Below are positions 39,124 to 48,275 of a stretch of DNA of 64,000 bases, in pieces (positions within the stretch are counted from its first letter, which is position 1; every line of letters begins with the position of its first letter). Position numbers and translations under genes: made by a program. Source of the DNA: Patescibacteria group bacterium (lineage in GTDB: Bacteria; Acidobacteriota; Polarisedimenticolia; Gp22-AA2). Under the pieces are notes generated by a model, which was not told the DNA's origin, did not search any database, and saw nothing but the letters and a program-made list of their open reading frames with translations. The stretch is taken from NCBI GenBank assembly GCA_035638115.1, contig DASRAN010000075.1:28252-92251 (forward strand), in the 5' to 3' direction.

Positions 39124-39777
39124 ATGCCCGGCGGATGGCCCCGGTTCGATCTCTACGTCATCACCGACGCCGCGCTCGCGCCGGGACGATCCCACCTCGA
39201 GGTGGCGCGCGCCGCACTGGCCGGAGGCGCCGACGCCGTGCAGCTTCGGGACAAGAACGCCACCGCGCAAAACTTATGCGCCGCCGCCTCGGAAATCCAG
39301 CCGCTCGCGCGGAAATTCGGCGCCGCCTTCGTGGTGAACGACCGGGTCGACGTCGCTCTGCTGACGGGGGCCGACGGGGCCCATCTCGGGCAGACCGACC
39401 TGCCCTGCCAGGAGGCGCGCCGCCTGCTGCGGCGGCCGGCGATCCTGGGGGTTTCCGCCGCGACGGTGGAGGAGGCGAAGAAGGCGGCGAAGGACGGGGC
39501 CGATTACATCGGTGTCGGTCCGATCTTCGCGACCCCGACGAAACCGGACGCCGGGGAGGCGATCGGGACGGAGCGCCTGGCGGCGGTGGTCCGGGCGGTT
39601 CCGATTCCGGTGGTCGCGATCGGCGGCATCGATCACGAGAACGTCATCCAGGTGCTCGCGACCGGAGCGGCGGGGGTCGCCGTCGTGGCGGCCGTGGTCT
39701 CGGCTCCCGACATGGCCGCGGCGGCGCGGGCGCTGAAGAGCCGCATCACCGCGGCGCTGAAGGGCCGCGCTTCGTGA
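39124..39777 (+). CDS. thiE: Thiamine-phosphate synthase ThiE
   Basis: FDLYVITDAAL...AVQLRDK...VVNDRVDVAL...IGVGPIFAT motifs. An alternative ATG lies at 39088. Confidence 0.85.
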   Translation: MPGGWPRFDLYVITDAALAPGRSHLEVARAALAGGADAVQLRDKNATAQNLCAAASEIQPLARKFGAAFVVNDRVDVALLTGADGAHLGQTDLPCQEARRLLRRPAILGVSAATVEEAKKAAKDGADYIGVGPIFATPTKPDAGEAIGTERLAAVVRAVPIPVVAIGGIDHENVIQVLATGAAGVAVVAAVVSAPDMAAAARALKSRITAALKGRAS

Positions 39778-40571
39778 AACGGGCGCTGACCATCGCCGGC
39801 TCCGACTCGGGAGCGGGCGCCGGGCTCCAGGCCGATTTGAAGACGTTCGCGGCGTTCGGCGTCTACGGCACGTCGGCGGTCACCGCCGTCACCGCCCAGA
39901 ACACCGTGGCGGTCACCCGCATCCAGGAGATCGACCCCGACGTCGTCGCGGCGCAGATCGAAGCCGTTCTCACCGACATCGGCGCCGACGCCGCCAAGAC
40001 CGGGATGCTCGCCGGGGCCGCCATCGTGGAGGTGGTGGCCGCGACCCTGCGGCGCTTCGCGGTCCCGCACCTCGTGGTCGACCCGGTGATGATCGCCAAG
40101 AGCGGCGACGCGCTGCTGCGCGACGACGCGGTGGCCACCCTGGTCGAGCGCCTGCTGCCGCTGGCGGAGGTGGTGACGCCGAACCTGCCGGAGGCGGCGC
40201 GACTGGCGGGAGGCGGCGCCGGGACCGACCGGGACCTGGAGGATCAAGCGCGGCGGATCGCCGCCCTGGGGCCGCGTTGCGTCGTGATCAAGGGCGGACA
40301 CGCCACGGGACCCGAGAGCGTCGACCTGTTCTTCGACGGGACGCGGTTCGAGCGCCTCCGCGGTCCGCGCATCGCCACCCGCGCCACGCACGGCACCGGC
40401 TGTACCTTCTCGGCCGCCCTCGCCGCCGGTCTTGCCCTGGGCCGCCGGCCGTTCGAGGCGGCCGTGGCCGCGCGCGCCTACCTCGAAGCCGCCCTGCGCG
40501 CGGCTCCCCGGATCGGACGGGGCGCGGGCCCGCTCGATCACCTCCACGCGCGGCGCGACGACCGTCCTTAG
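39774..40571 (+). CDS. thiD: Hydroxymethylpyrimidine/phosphomethylpyrimidine kinase ThiD
   Basis: LTIAGSDSGAGAGLQADLKT...HGTGCT motifs. GTGA overlap with the thiE stop. Confidence 0.85.
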   Translation: MKRALTIAGSDSGAGAGLQADLKTFAAFGVYGTSAVTAVTAQNTVAVTRIQEIDPDVVAAQIEAVLTDIGADAAKTGMLAGAAIVEVVAATLRRFAVPHLVVDPVMIAKSGDALLRDDAVATLVERLLPLAEVVTPNLPEAARLAGGGAGTDRDLEDQARRIAALGPRCVVIKGGHATGPESVDLFFDGTRFERLRGPRIATRATHGTGCTFSAALAAGLALGRRPFEAAVAARAYLEAALRAAPRIGRGAGPLDHLHARRDDRP

Positions 40572-41464
40572 GGCCGGTCCGCGGGGACCGGCACCAGCGT
40601 GAGCAGAGCGATCTCCGGCGGCACCAGGAAGCGCACCGGCAGGATGCTCGTCCCGAGCCCGGTGGTCACGAACATCCTCCGTCCTTCGTCGATGATGAAC
40701 CCCGCGGCATAGCGCTCACCATACCGGGACGGCACCAGCGGACGGCCGAGAAACGGCACCCGGACCTGCCCGCCATGCGTGTGCGCGGCGAGCGTCAGCG
40801 CGACGCGGGCCGGGACCTCGGGGAGCAGGTCGGGGTTGTGGGTCAGCACGAGCACCGGCGCGTCGTCCGTCACGCCCGCCAGGGCCGACCCGAGATCGTG
40901 GGGGCCGCGCAGGAGATCGGTCACGCCGACGATCCAGAACGGGGCGAGCGACCCTCCGGCGCGCGACCCGCCGGCGTCGAAGGGCGGCATGCCCGCGGCC
41001 GACGGCGGCACCCGGAAGGCCTCGTCGTTGAGCACGCGGATCCCGGCGCGCTCCAGGGCCTGGGTCACGCGGCGTGGATTGAAAGCGAAATCGTGGTTTC
41101 CGAGGACGGCGTAGACGCCGAGCGGCGCGTGCAGGCCGCGCAGGACACCCTCGAACTCCTCGGGCGGGATGAGGTGGCCGCCGGGATTCCGGTGGCTGAT
41201 GTAGTCGCCCGCGAGGAGGATCAGGTCGGGCGCGGCCGCGTTGGTCCGCTCGACGATGGCGCGCAGCTTCCCGAGCCCGTTCCAGGGCGAGCCGATATGC
41301 AGGTCGGAGAGAAGGGCGATCCGCAGCGGCGCGTCGGCCGCCGGCCAGCCGGGAATCGGAACGGCGTAGGTATTGACCCGCAGCGAGGCCGGCTCGATCC
41401 AGAAGCCCCACAGGGCGAGCCCGCAGACAAGCGCCGCGGCCGCGAGCAGGAAGAGCATGCGCAC
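40568..41464 (-). CDS. Metallophosphoesterase (calcineurin-like), membrane-anchored
   Basis: DLH, GDY, GNHD and THGGQ metal-binding motifs. N-terminal TM segment. Confidence 0.8.
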   Translation of the reverse strand: MRMLFLLAAAALVCGLALWGFWIEPASLRVNTYAVPIPGWPAADAPLRIALLSDLHIGSPWNGLGKLRAIVERTNAAAPDLILLAGDYISHRNPGGHLIPPEEFEGVLRGLHAPLGVYAVLGNHDFAFNPRRVTQALERAGIRVLNDEAFRVPPSAAGMPPFDAGGSRAGGSLAPFWIVGVTDLLRGPHDLGSALAGVTDDAPVLVLTHNPDLLPEVPARVALTLAAHTHGGQVRVPFLGRPLVPSRYGERYAAGFIIDEGRRMFVTTGLGTSILPVRFLVPPEIALLTLVPVPADRP

Positions 41465-41539
41465 CGCTCCGGGGGAACGCCTTGATGCCGCCCGCCGCCG
41501 CGCGTCGTCAGTGGGGATACGACGCTCCGGAGATTCGCC

Positions 41540-44416
41540 TCAGGAGCAGCCGCTGGTCGCGCCGCAGTTCATGCACTTGTAGCAGGCGCCGTTCCTGACC
41601 ATGATCGAGCCGCAGTCGGGACAGGGCGGCGCATCCTCGTCCGGCCGGAAGGCGAACGGCGCATGGCCGGTGTCGGGTTCTTTGGCGTCGCGCGCCGCCG
41701 GTCCCGAGGGTCCCGGCACCAGCGCCACGGGGATCGCCGGCGCGGGCCACGGGCCGGGCGGCGCGATGGACGCCGCCGGCTCGCCCGCCTCGGGCTTCAC
41801 GTGCACCCCGTTGGCCTCCGCCGCTTCGCGCCCGAGGAACTTCGCGCCCAGCCAGCGGAAGATGTAGTCGATGATCGACTTGGCGATCGGGATCTCGCCG
41901 TTGTTGGTGAAGCCGGACGGCTCGAACCGCACGTGGCTGAACTTGTCGACCAGGACCTGGAGCGGCACGCCGTACTGCAGGGCCAGCGACACCGCCGTGG
42001 CGAAGCTGTCCATCAGACCGGAGACGACGCTCCCCTCCTTCGCCATGACCAGGAAGATCTCGCCCGGCTTCCCGTCCTCGTACATGCCGACGGTGAGGTA
42101 GCCGTCATGACCGGCGATGGAGAACTTGTGGGTGATCGCCCGGCGCTCGTCCGGGAGACGGCGGCGCACCGCCCGTGAGCTCTCGGCCGCGGGGGCTCCC
42201 TGGATCGGCTCGACCTTCGCGGCGGCCGGATCCTTGCCGGTGTTGAGCGGCTGGCTGCGCTTGCAGCCGTCGCGGTAGATGGCGACCGCCTTCAGTCCCT
42301 GTTTCCAGGACTCGATGTAGGCCTGGGTGATCTCGTCGACCGTCGTGTCGGACGGCACGTTCACCGTCTTCGAGATGGCGCCGGAGATGAACGGCTGGGC
42401 CGCGGCCATCATCTTCACGTGTCCCATGTAGTGGATGCTGCGCGCGCCGCGGAGCGGCCGGAAGGCGCAGTCGAACACCGACAGGTGGGAGTCCTTGAGG
42501 TGCGGCGCCCCCTCGATCGTCTCGTTCTCGTCGAGGTACTCGAGGATCTCCTTCACCTGGGCCTCGCTGTAGCCCAGGCGCAGGAGCGCCTTGGGGACCG
42601 TCTGGTTGACGATCTTCAGCATCCCGCCGCCGACCAGCTTCTTGTACTTCACGAGCGCGATGTCGGGCTCGATGCCGGTGGTGTCGCAGTCCATCATGAA
42701 GGCGATGGTGCCGGTGGGCGCGAGCACGGTCGCCTGGCCGTTGCGGATGCCGTGACGCGAGCCGAGCTCGTGCGCCTCGGTCCAGGCGTCGCGGGCGGCG
42801 GTGTAGAGGTCGAGCGGCACGTGCGCCGAGTCGATCTTCGAGACGTGGCTGCCGTGCTTCCTGACCACCTTGAGGAACGGCTCGCGGTTCTTCTCGAACC
42901 CCTCGAACGGCCCCATCTTCTCGGCGATGCGGGCGGACATCACGTAGGCGTGCCCCGTGAGCACCGCCGTGATGGCGCCGGCGTAGTCGCGTCCCGCGTC
43001 GGAGTCGTACGCCAGGCCGCGGCTCATCAGGAGCGCGCCGAGATTGGCGTAGCCCAGGCCGAGAGGACGATAGTCGTGCGAGTTCTTCGCGATCCGCTCC
43101 GTCGGGTACGAGGCGTTGTCGACGATGATCTCCTGCGCCAGGATGGTGGTCTCGATCGCGTGGCGGTAGGCCGGCACGTCGATCTCGCCCTCGGTCGTGG
43201 TCAGACGCATCAGGTTCAATGAGGCGAGATTGCAGGCCGAGTCGTCGAGGAACATGTATTCCGAGCACGGATTGCTGGCGTTGATGCGCGCCGTGTTCGG
43301 GCAGGGATGCCACTCGTTCACCGTGGTGTCGAACTGCATGCCCGGATCGCCGCACAGCCAGGTCGCCTCGGCGATCTGCCGCACCACGTCGCGCGCCTTG
43401 AGGGTCTCGATCACGTCGCCGGAGGTGCGGGCGCGGGTGCGCCAATCGCCGCCGTCGAGCACCGCCTGCATGAACTCGTCCGTCACCCGGACCGAGTTGT
43501 TGGAGTTCTGGAAGAAGATCGACGAGTAGGCCGGCCCGTCGAGCGCCCCGTTGTAGCCGGCGTCGATGAGCGTCCAGGCCTTCTTCTCCTCCTCCTGCTT
43601 GCACTTGATGAACTCGACGATGTCCGGGTGATCGACGTCGAGGATGACCATCTTGGCGGCGCGCCGCGTCTTGCCGCCGCTCTTGATGACGCCGGCGAAG
43701 GCGTCGTACCCTTTCATGAACGACACCGGACCCGAAGCCGTCCCGCCGCCGGCCAGGAGCTCCTTCGAGGAGCGGATCGGCGACAGGTTGGTGCCGGTTC
43801 CGGAGCCGTACTTGAACAGCATCCCCTCGGTGCGTGCCAGGCTCAGGATCGAGTCCATGGTGTCCTCGACCGAGTTGATGAAGCAGGCGGAGCACTGCGG
43901 GCGCGACTCGATGCCGACGTTGAACCAGACCGGCGAGTTGAACGACATCTTCTGGTAGACCAGGAGGTGCTTGAGATCGGCCTCGAACGCCTGCGCGTCC
44001 GGCTCCTGGTTGAAGTATCCCTGCGCCCGGCCCCACGCGCCGACGGTGCGCACCACCCGCCCGATCAGCTGGCGGACGCTGCGCTCGCGCTCGGCGGTGC
44101 CGAGGGTGCCGCGGAAGTACTTCGAGGCGACCACGTTGGTCGCCGTCTGCGACCAGAACTTCGGCACCTCGACGTTCTTCTGCTCGAAGACGATCTCGCC
44201 CTTCTCGTTGGCGATGACGGCGCTGCGCTCCTCCCACTCGATCTCGTCGAAGGGGTCGACGCCGGGTCGGGTGAAATAGCGCTCGATGGTCAGACCGTCG
44301 GCCGCCTGTCTGAGGGACAGGGGCGCGGGGTATCCGGCGGGCGACGACGCACGGCCGGTCTTCTGCTGCGGCTGCGAGGCGATCCTGCGATCCCTGATCT
44401 CCGACTCCTTCTTCAT
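41540..44416 (-). CDS. nrdJ: Adenosylcobalamin-dependent ribonucleoside-diphosphate reductase (class II RNR) NrdJ
   Basis: 958 aa from the ATG at 44416, with RBS GAGGGGG. Strong class II RNR similarity throughout. C-terminal Cys4 tail (CPDCG...CYKCMNCG). Confidence 0.9.
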   Translation of the reverse strand: MKKESEIRDRRIASQPQQKTGRASSPAGYPAPLSLRQAADGLTIERYFTRPGVDPFDEIEWEERSAVIANEKGEIVFEQKNVEVPKFWSQTATNVVASKYFRGTLGTAERERSVRQLIGRVVRTVGAWGRAQGYFNQEPDAQAFEADLKHLLVYQKMSFNSPVWFNVGIESRPQCSACFINSVEDTMDSILSLARTEGMLFKYGSGTGTNLSPIRSSKELLAGGGTASGPVSFMKGYDAFAGVIKSGGKTRRAAKMVILDVDHPDIVEFIKCKQEEEKKAWTLIDAGYNGALDGPAYSSIFFQNSNNSVRVTDEFMQAVLDGGDWRTRARTSGDVIETLKARDVVRQIAEATWLCGDPGMQFDTTVNEWHPCPNTARINASNPCSEYMFLDDSACNLASLNLMRLTTTEGEIDVPAYRHAIETTILAQEIIVDNASYPTERIAKNSHDYRPLGLGYANLGALLMSRGLAYDSDAGRDYAGAITAVLTGHAYVMSARIAEKMGPFEGFEKNREPFLKVVRKHGSHVSKIDSAHVPLDLYTAARDAWTEAHELGSRHGIRNGQATVLAPTGTIAFMMDCDTTGIEPDIALVKYKKLVGGGMLKIVNQTVPKALLRLGYSEAQVKEILEYLDENETIEGAPHLKDSHLSVFDCAFRPLRGARSIHYMGHVKMMAAAQPFISGAISKTVNVPSDTTVDEITQAYIESWKQGLKAVAIYRDGCKRSQPLNTGKDPAAAKVEPIQGAPAAESSRAVRRRLPDERRAITHKFSIAGHDGYLTVGMYEDGKPGEIFLVMAKEGSVVSGLMDSFATAVSLALQYGVPLQVLVDKFSHVRFEPSGFTNNGEIPIAKSIIDYIFRWLGAKFLGREAAEANGVHVKPEAGEPAASIAPPGPWPAPAIPVALVPGPSGPAARDAKEPDTGHAPFAFRPDEDAPPCPDCGSIMVRNGACYKCMNCGATSGCS

Positions 44417-44656
44417 TCCGCCCCCTCGGAGACGCGGCCCGGCGTGCGACCGGACCCGCCAGAAAAAGAGATAACCCGACCGAACGCCCCTGCGTGACAC
44501 GCGGCGACCCGGGCAACATCCGGAGCGCCGATCCCGGAGGCCCCCACCTGCCAACCTCTGCCTGCCTTGAGCACTGGATTCGTCGTTCGCGACGCGGTGG
44601 GTCGGCTCGTCTTGCGCCATGCCGCCGTCCGAAACCACCGTGGTCGAGCGGGCCGC

Positions 44657-44685
44657 ATCCTATTAACCCTGTTGTGGGCTGTCAA
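44657..44685 (-). promoter_or_regulatory. Sigma70-like promoter TTGACA-N17-TAGGAT for nrdJ (roughly 240-nt leader)
   Basis: Minus-strand TTGACA (plus coordinates 44685..44680), 17-bp spacer, TAGGAT (44662..44657). Confidence 0.55.
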
Positions 44686-44867
44686 GGCCCGAAACGCAAA
44701 ATGTTGGGGTCGCCGGCCGATGCGCCACAACATGCGGAGCCACAGCGAATTAGCCTGTGGGCCGCGATGTGGAAATCGTGTGCGCCCGCAACCGGAAACC
44801 GATTTGTGTATTTTACACCGGAACCCCGATCGCCGGACCCGGTCTCTTCGCGGCGCCGCGGCGTTCG

Positions 44868-44897
44868 TTGACGCCTCCCCGGAGAGCGGGCTATCAT
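44868..44897 (+). promoter_or_regulatory. Sigma70-like promoter TTGACG-N18-TATCAT upstream of tRNA-Ser
   Basis: TTGACG at 44868..44873 and TATCAT at 44892..44897, roughly 40 bp before the tRNA 5' end. Confidence 0.5.
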
Positions 44898-44938
44898 CCG
44901 GCCGCTTCGGCGCCGACGGGCCAGGCGCCGTCTCCCGT

Positions 44939-45025
44939 GGAGAGGTGTCCGAGTGGCTGAAGGAGCACGCTTGGAAAGCGTGTGTGGGGGAAACCTCACC
45001 GTGGGTTCGAATCCCACCCTCTCCG
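44939..45025 (+). tRNA. tRNA-Ser (anticodon GGA), 87 nt, CCA not encoded
   Basis: Folded by hand. Acceptor GGAGAGG/CCTCTCC. 3-bp D-stem TCC/GGA. Anticodon stem CACGC/GCGTG with loop TTGGAAA. Long variable arm. T-stem GTGGG/CCCAC with loop TTCGAAT. Discriminator G. Confidence 0.85.
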
Positions 45026-45046
45026 CCGGGGAGACTTCCTGACGCG

Positions 45047-45754
45047 ATGATCATCGTCCGCCCGTCCTCCGCCCGCGGCCGCACGCGTCTGGACTGGCTG
45101 GACAGCCGGCACACCTTCTCCTTCGGCGGCTACTTCGATCCGCAATTCGTCGGCTTTCGATCCCTGCGGGTGATCAACGACGATCGGGTGAAGCCGGGCG
45201 GCGGGTTCGGCACGCATCCGCATCGCGACATGGAGATCCTGTCGCTGGTCCTCGACGGTGCCCTCGAGCATCGCGACAGCCTGGGTCACGGATCGGTGAT
45301 CCGGAAAGACGACGTGCAGCGCATGACGGCGGGGACCGGCGTCAGCCACAGCGAGTTCAATCCCTCCGCCACCGATCCGGTGCACTTCCTGCAGATCTGG
45401 ATCCTGCCGGAGCGGCCGGGGCTGACGCCGGGATACGAGCAGAAGACCTTTCCGGAAGCGGACCGCCGCAACGCCCTGCGGCTGGTGGCGTCGCAGGACG
45501 GGAGCGGTGGCTCGCTCACCGTGCACCGCGACGTGGCGGTGCACCTCGGCCACCTCGACGCCGGTGGATCCCTGGCGTTTCCGACCGCACCCGGGCGTCA
45601 CGCCTGGGTGCACGTCTTCCGCGGCCACATCGCCGTCAACGGGACGATGCTGGTCGCCGGGGACGGCGCCGCATCGAGCGACGAGGCGTCGCTCGAGGTG
45701 AAGGCCCCCGACACCGAGGGGGACGCGGGATTCCTGATCTTCGATCTCGCCTGA
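45047..45754 (+). CDS. Pirin family protein (cupin)
   Basis: FGTHPHRDMEI and HSEFN cupin metal-site motifs. The ATG at 45047 lies 21 bp after the tRNA. Confidence 0.85.
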   Translation: MIIVRPSSARGRTRLDWLDSRHTFSFGGYFDPQFVGFRSLRVINDDRVKPGGGFGTHPHRDMEILSLVLDGALEHRDSLGHGSVIRKDDVQRMTAGTGVSHSEFNPSATDPVHFLQIWILPERPGLTPGYEQKTFPEADRRNALRLVASQDGSGGSLTVHRDVAVHLGHLDAGGSLAFPTAPGRHAWVHVFRGHIAVNGTMLVAGDGAASSDEASLEVKAPDTEGDAGFLIFDLA

Positions 45755-45793
45755 AGACGCGCGCGGCCGCCGCGACGGCCGCGGGGGCCCCCA

Positions 45794-47848
45794 TCACTCG
45801 CCGCCGTCGGTCTCCATCTTCTTGCGCAGCTGCAGGCGGATCTGCTCGGCGGCCGGATCGCGCGGGGCGGTCGTGGCGATCCCCGCCAGGGCGCCCAGCT
45901 TCTCGCTCAGGAGCACGCCGAGCAGGCTGTCGAGCAGCGAGCCGTTCCCCCCGCTCCCTCCCAGGCTGATCTTCGGGACCACGTCGACGCGGGAGGTCTC
46001 GATCGCCTCCGCGAACCGGCCCATCACCTGCTGGGCCATCTGGAACTGCGGGCCGCCGTAGGCGCGGACCTGCTCGTCGATGGCGAGGGCCTGCGCGACG
46101 CCGACCCGCGCCGCGCGCTCCGCTTCCGCCTCCGCCAGGGCGCGGATCTTCTTCGCCTCCCCCTCGCCCAGGAGACGGGTCTTCTCCCCCTCGGCGCCGG
46201 CGAGCGTCTGGATCTGGGCCGCCTGCTGCTGGGCCCGCGCGAAGTCGGCCTTCCCCTGGTTCGACTGCACCTGGATGCTGATCTCGGACTCGGTGAGCAG
46301 CTGCTGCTGGCGCGCCCGCGCCTCGGCCTCGCGCAGCTCGCGCTCCTTGCCGGCCGCGGTCTGCTGGCGCGAGTAGGTCTCGATCTGCTCCACGGCGATC
46401 TGCCGGCTCCGCAGCTGCGTGAGGATCTGCTCGATCTGTCCCCCCGGCTGCCCGCTGGTCGGCGTCCCGATGAGCACCTCCTGCAGCTCGAGGTTGTAGT
46501 GCGCGAACTTCTCCTTCATCTGCTCCCCGGACTGCTCCTGGATCGAGGAGCGCTCCTGGATCAGCTGGATCAGGGTGCGCGTCTGGCCGACGTTCTTGAA
46601 GTAGGCGCTGACCATCGGATCGAGCGTCTGCTCCACGAGCTTCTTCACGTCGCCGAAACGCTGGATCACCAGCGGCGCTTTCCGATAGTCGATGTGCACC
46701 ACCACCGACAGGGGGAGGCTCGGCTCGAAGGCGTCCTTGGTGATCAGGCTCACCTCGGCGAGGTTCTCGTCGTACTTGTGCGATCCGGTCTCGCCGCGGG
46801 TCCACTTCAGGATGAAGTTGGTGGTCGGCACCGTGAGGACCTTCCCCGCGTAGGTGTTGAACGCGTACTTGCCCGGCAGGAGCGGCTCGCTCCAGACGCC
46901 CCGCTGACCCCGCGCCACCAGCTCGCCGTGCAGGTAGTCCTTCCCCGAGAGGTCGGTGCCGGTGACGCCCGTGTACGACACCACCACGCCGACGTTGCCG
47001 ACCTCGACGACGCTCTTCGGGATCAGCTCCACCGTCCCGAACAGGCGGTTGACGTAATAGGTCCCCTCCACCAGGACCTGGAGCTGCCGGCCGCGGAAGC
47101 CGCCGGCCCGCAGGAACCGGTCGGCGTCCTGGAACTTGTTGTGGTAGGTCTCGGCCAGCGCCGGCTCCTCGCCCACGATCGGCCCGATGATCTCCCCGCT
47201 GGGGAGCGACGGGCCGTCGTGCACGGTGACGATCCCCACGCTGTCGTCGGTGCCGCGGATGATCACCGGCTCGAAACCGCCCCGCTCGGCGATCACCGCC
47301 GACATCTTCTTGAAGACCGCGAATTCGCTCCGATCCAGCGGCAGGTAGTAGACCTGGTCGTCGGTGATCACGACGAACTGCGCCAGATTGATCGCGTAGG
47401 TCCCCTCGCGCAGGATCATCCGCTGCGGGCCCTTCTGCCCGCCGGCCCGCAGGAACCCCACGACGTCCTGGTAGTCCCGCGCCGATTCGTTGCAGGCCAG
47501 CACCTGGGTCGCGGACAGGTCCTTGCCGTCCCGCGCGAAGACGTAGCCGATCTTCCCCTGGGGGATGGTGACCAGGGGCATGCGATGGACGCGGTACTGG
47601 AACGGCGTCAGGAAGTGCCAGCCGCCGCGCAGGACGTCCGGCTGGAACCCCGCCTCGCCGCCCAGCGCGATCAGCCCCGAGCGGATCGAGCCCTTGCCGC
47701 TGATCAGCTTCTCGACGATGCCGACACGCGTGTTCGGGATGTAGCGAATCCAGAGGGACAGGACCAGCAACAGGAGAATGCCCCCGAGCACCCCCAGCGC
47801 GGTGGTGCCCGGGTGCAGGGCGATCCAATCGAGTGAACCGGCGATCAT
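45794..47848 (-). CDS. Flotillin-like SPFH/band-7 family protein (YqiK-like)
   Basis: 684 aa from the ATG at 47848. N-terminal TM segment, SPFH domain, then a long Ala/Glu/Gln-rich coiled-coil (EAEARARQQQLL...AEAEAERAARV). Confidence 0.8.
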   Translation of the reverse strand: MIAGSLDWIALHPGTTALGVLGGILLLLVLSLWIRYIPNTRVGIVEKLISGKGSIRSGLIALGGEAGFQPDVLRGGWHFLTPFQYRVHRMPLVTIPQGKIGYVFARDGKDLSATQVLACNESARDYQDVVGFLRAGGQKGPQRMILREGTYAINLAQFVVITDDQVYYLPLDRSEFAVFKKMSAVIAERGGFEPVIIRGTDDSVGIVTVHDGPSLPSGEIIGPIVGEEPALAETYHNKFQDADRFLRAGGFRGRQLQVLVEGTYYVNRLFGTVELIPKSVVEVGNVGVVVSYTGVTGTDLSGKDYLHGELVARGQRGVWSEPLLPGKYAFNTYAGKVLTVPTTNFILKWTRGETGSHKYDENLAEVSLITKDAFEPSLPLSVVVHIDYRKAPLVIQRFGDVKKLVEQTLDPMVSAYFKNVGQTRTLIQLIQERSSIQEQSGEQMKEKFAHYNLELQEVLIGTPTSGQPGGQIEQILTQLRSRQIAVEQIETYSRQQTAAGKERELREAEARARQQQLLTESEISIQVQSNQGKADFARAQQQAAQIQTLAGAEGEKTRLLGEGEAKKIRALAEAEAERAARVGVAQALAIDEQVRAYGGPQFQMAQQVMGRFAEAIETSRVDVVPKISLGGSGGNGSLLDSLLGVLLSEKLGALAGIATTAPRDPAAEQIRLQLRKKMETDGGE

Positions 47849-48001
47849 GGTCGTGTCCTCGTCCCCGTGTCGGGGCTTTTCGCGATCGGCTTCCTGGAGC
47901 GATGGCGCATTATCCTCCCGTGAAATCCGCCACCGCAAGCGGGGCCGGCGGGTGGCTGCGCGCGGGCGTGATCCACCGCCCGGCGGTCTCCCGGGCTCGC
48001 G

Positions 48002-48030
48002 TTGACACCCCCGGGTCGATCGGCTAGCAT
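48002..48030 (+). promoter_or_regulatory. Sigma70-like promoter TTGACA-N17-TAGCAT
   Basis: TTGACA at 48002..48007 and TAGCAT at 48025..48030, about 70 nt upstream of the predicted SRP RNA 5' helix. It may drive an ffs precursor, dnaX, or both. Confidence 0.5.
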
Positions 48031-48103
48031 CGCCCGCGGTCGGCGAGTCCCTGACATTTCGCTTCGAGACCGTGGTGGGGATGCCGGCGTGACGGCCGGT
48101 TCG

Positions 48104-48200
48104 AGCCCCGCGCGATGCGAACCACCGAACCCGGTCAGGCCCGGAAGGGAGCAGCCGTAAGGCGGACCTCGCAGGTGCCGCGGGCCTGCTTGGACCGGCC
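48104..48200 (+). ncRNA. ffs: Signal recognition particle RNA (4.5S-type SRP RNA, ffs)
   Basis: Domain IV motif GGTCAGGCCCGGAAGGGAGCAGCCGTAAGG at 48133..48162 (compare E. coli GGUCAGGUCCGGAAGGAAGCAGCCAAGG). A terminal 12-bp helix, GGCCGGTTCGAG at 48104..48115, pairs with CTTGGACCGGCC at 48189..48200. Canonical position immediately upstream of dnaX. Confidence 0.65.
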
Positions 48201-48275
48201 CTCAGGCCGGCCTCCCCGCTTCCCTCGTCGCATCCGGTCTTCGTTCCGGCGGTCCTGTCCGGACGCTTGGAGCCC

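Noticed and set aside
44417-44660. Cobalamin riboswitch in the nrdJ leader.
   Set aside because: Only a short fragment (GAAUCCAGUGC) resembles the riboswitch core. No B12 box (GCCACUG) or complete conserved core was found by eye. Retained only as a hypothesis to test with a covariance model.
44640-44870. NrdR boxes upstream of nrdJ.
   Set aside because: No 16-bp acaC-N8-Gtgt palindromes are present. The palindromes that are present have a different architecture.
47845-48057. 70-aa minus ORF between the flotillin gene and ffs.
   Set aside because: Arg/Pro/Gly-rich shadow ORF overlapping the ffs promoter. No RBS and no family resemblance.
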